From NCBI GenBank assembly GCA_028534125.1, contig CM052816.1, positions 41,356,001 through 41,420,000 on the forward strand: a stretch of DNA of 64,000 bases, read 5' to 3'. Under the pieces are notes generated by a model. The model did not search any database. It was not told the origin of the DNA and worked only from the letters and a program-made list of their open reading frames with translations. This document shows positions 63,026-64,000 of this stretch, piece after piece. The position numbers and the translations under genes were made by a program. Source of the DNA: Lama glama (taxonomy: Eukaryota). Each line of letters begins with the position of its first letter. The stretch's first letter is position 1.

Positions 63026-64000
63026 CTATAAGAATGTTAGAAATTAAGACTGTATTTCAGTGTGTTGAAATTTGTTGGGCAATATACAGCTGAATATACT
63101 GCAAAATGAAAAAGGGAATAGAAGGAGACGGTTTTGCCGATCACAAACAGCAACAGGAAGCTGCAAGCCAGAATGCTTGTAGAAGGCAGGGAAGTTGCAC
63201 AAATACACGTATAAGGTATATTAAGGGATGAGGAGAGAGGTAAAGAAAGTAGAGAATGATGGAACCTGGAAGGAGTTTCCTTTTGCAAATCAGAGTAATA
63301 AGCATGTCCAGCCTAAGGGCATTCGAATTTAACATTTATCAAGTGCTAGCCAAATATAAAAAACGTGTTTGACTCAATGACCTTCAACTCCCAGTCAGCC
63401 ACATGCGTAGATTCTGGAGCTGCTATGTGTCCTGTCAGCTAAAGTATTATTCCTTTCTCTTTAAGGGAAACTTCAGGCCTTGAGGAGGCTGACTGGCCCA
63501 TCTCTGGATGATGTGCAATTAAGGCATTTACAACACTGTGAAATCTCTCTCGAATGGAACAGCAGCACCCCAAGGCTTGAGTGTCGAGTCCACAGGAGAA
63601 CAGAAGACAGGCTACTATGGCCTATGTTACTTGAGGGAATTCAAGGTGTTTCTTGCTCCACTTCACCTTCAAAAGAGGACAAGTGATAAAAACAAAAGTA
63701 GATAACAATGCTAGGGGCTGGGGCTTTTAATGTGACATATGACAAGATTAAAGCAGTACTTTATCAACCTTTTTCGATTTATGTCACAACCTGAGGCAAC
63801 CGGCATGGGGACCTGGCTGTCTGGCTTCCATCCCCTCACCTGGCCCAAAGGCAAGCTTCAGACCCTTTCCTTTGAGAAGCACTATGCAGAGTCCTGTGAA
63901 TCCCTGTGGTGTTACATCTGGCTTTTCCTCACTCAGTTTCTCTCTAAGAAACTTGCTTCCTTTAGGGGTAAGTAGCAGATGACTCCAGGGCTCCTCTTAA

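Overview
Mammalian, AT-rich, repeat-dense, non-coding genomic DNA, most probably camelid (camel/alpaca), judged from about 8 copies of a tRNA-Ala(AGC)-derived SINE matching my recollection of the camelid Vic-1 family. I can support no protein-coding exon, RNA gene, CRISPR array or prokaryotic-type feature. The ORF track is chance ORFs, repeat-derived ORFs and two ORFs that run through N. The window is a mosaic of MaLR/ERVL LTRs, an ERV1-type solo LTR, a decayed ERVL pro-pol segment, young and old L1 fragments, L2, MIR, hAT/Tigger DNA transposons and microsatellites. There is one CpG-enriched, G4-rich putative promoter at ~15.1-15.9 kb with splice donors pointing both ways and a CTCF motif next to it. 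Most notable: (1) a ~350-bp TSD-flanked mini-L1 whose 5'UTR is fused to the 3'UTR exactly at an AG| position of the parental 3'UTR, i.e. a probable spliced-L1 retroelement; (2) a ~343-bp-arm inverted duplication around the 500-N gap, with identical inner arms and diverged outer arms; (3) an L1 with a swapped 3' tail inside a perfect 16-bp TSD. Repeat family names come from recalled consensus sequences and boundaries are approximate unless a TSD is given.
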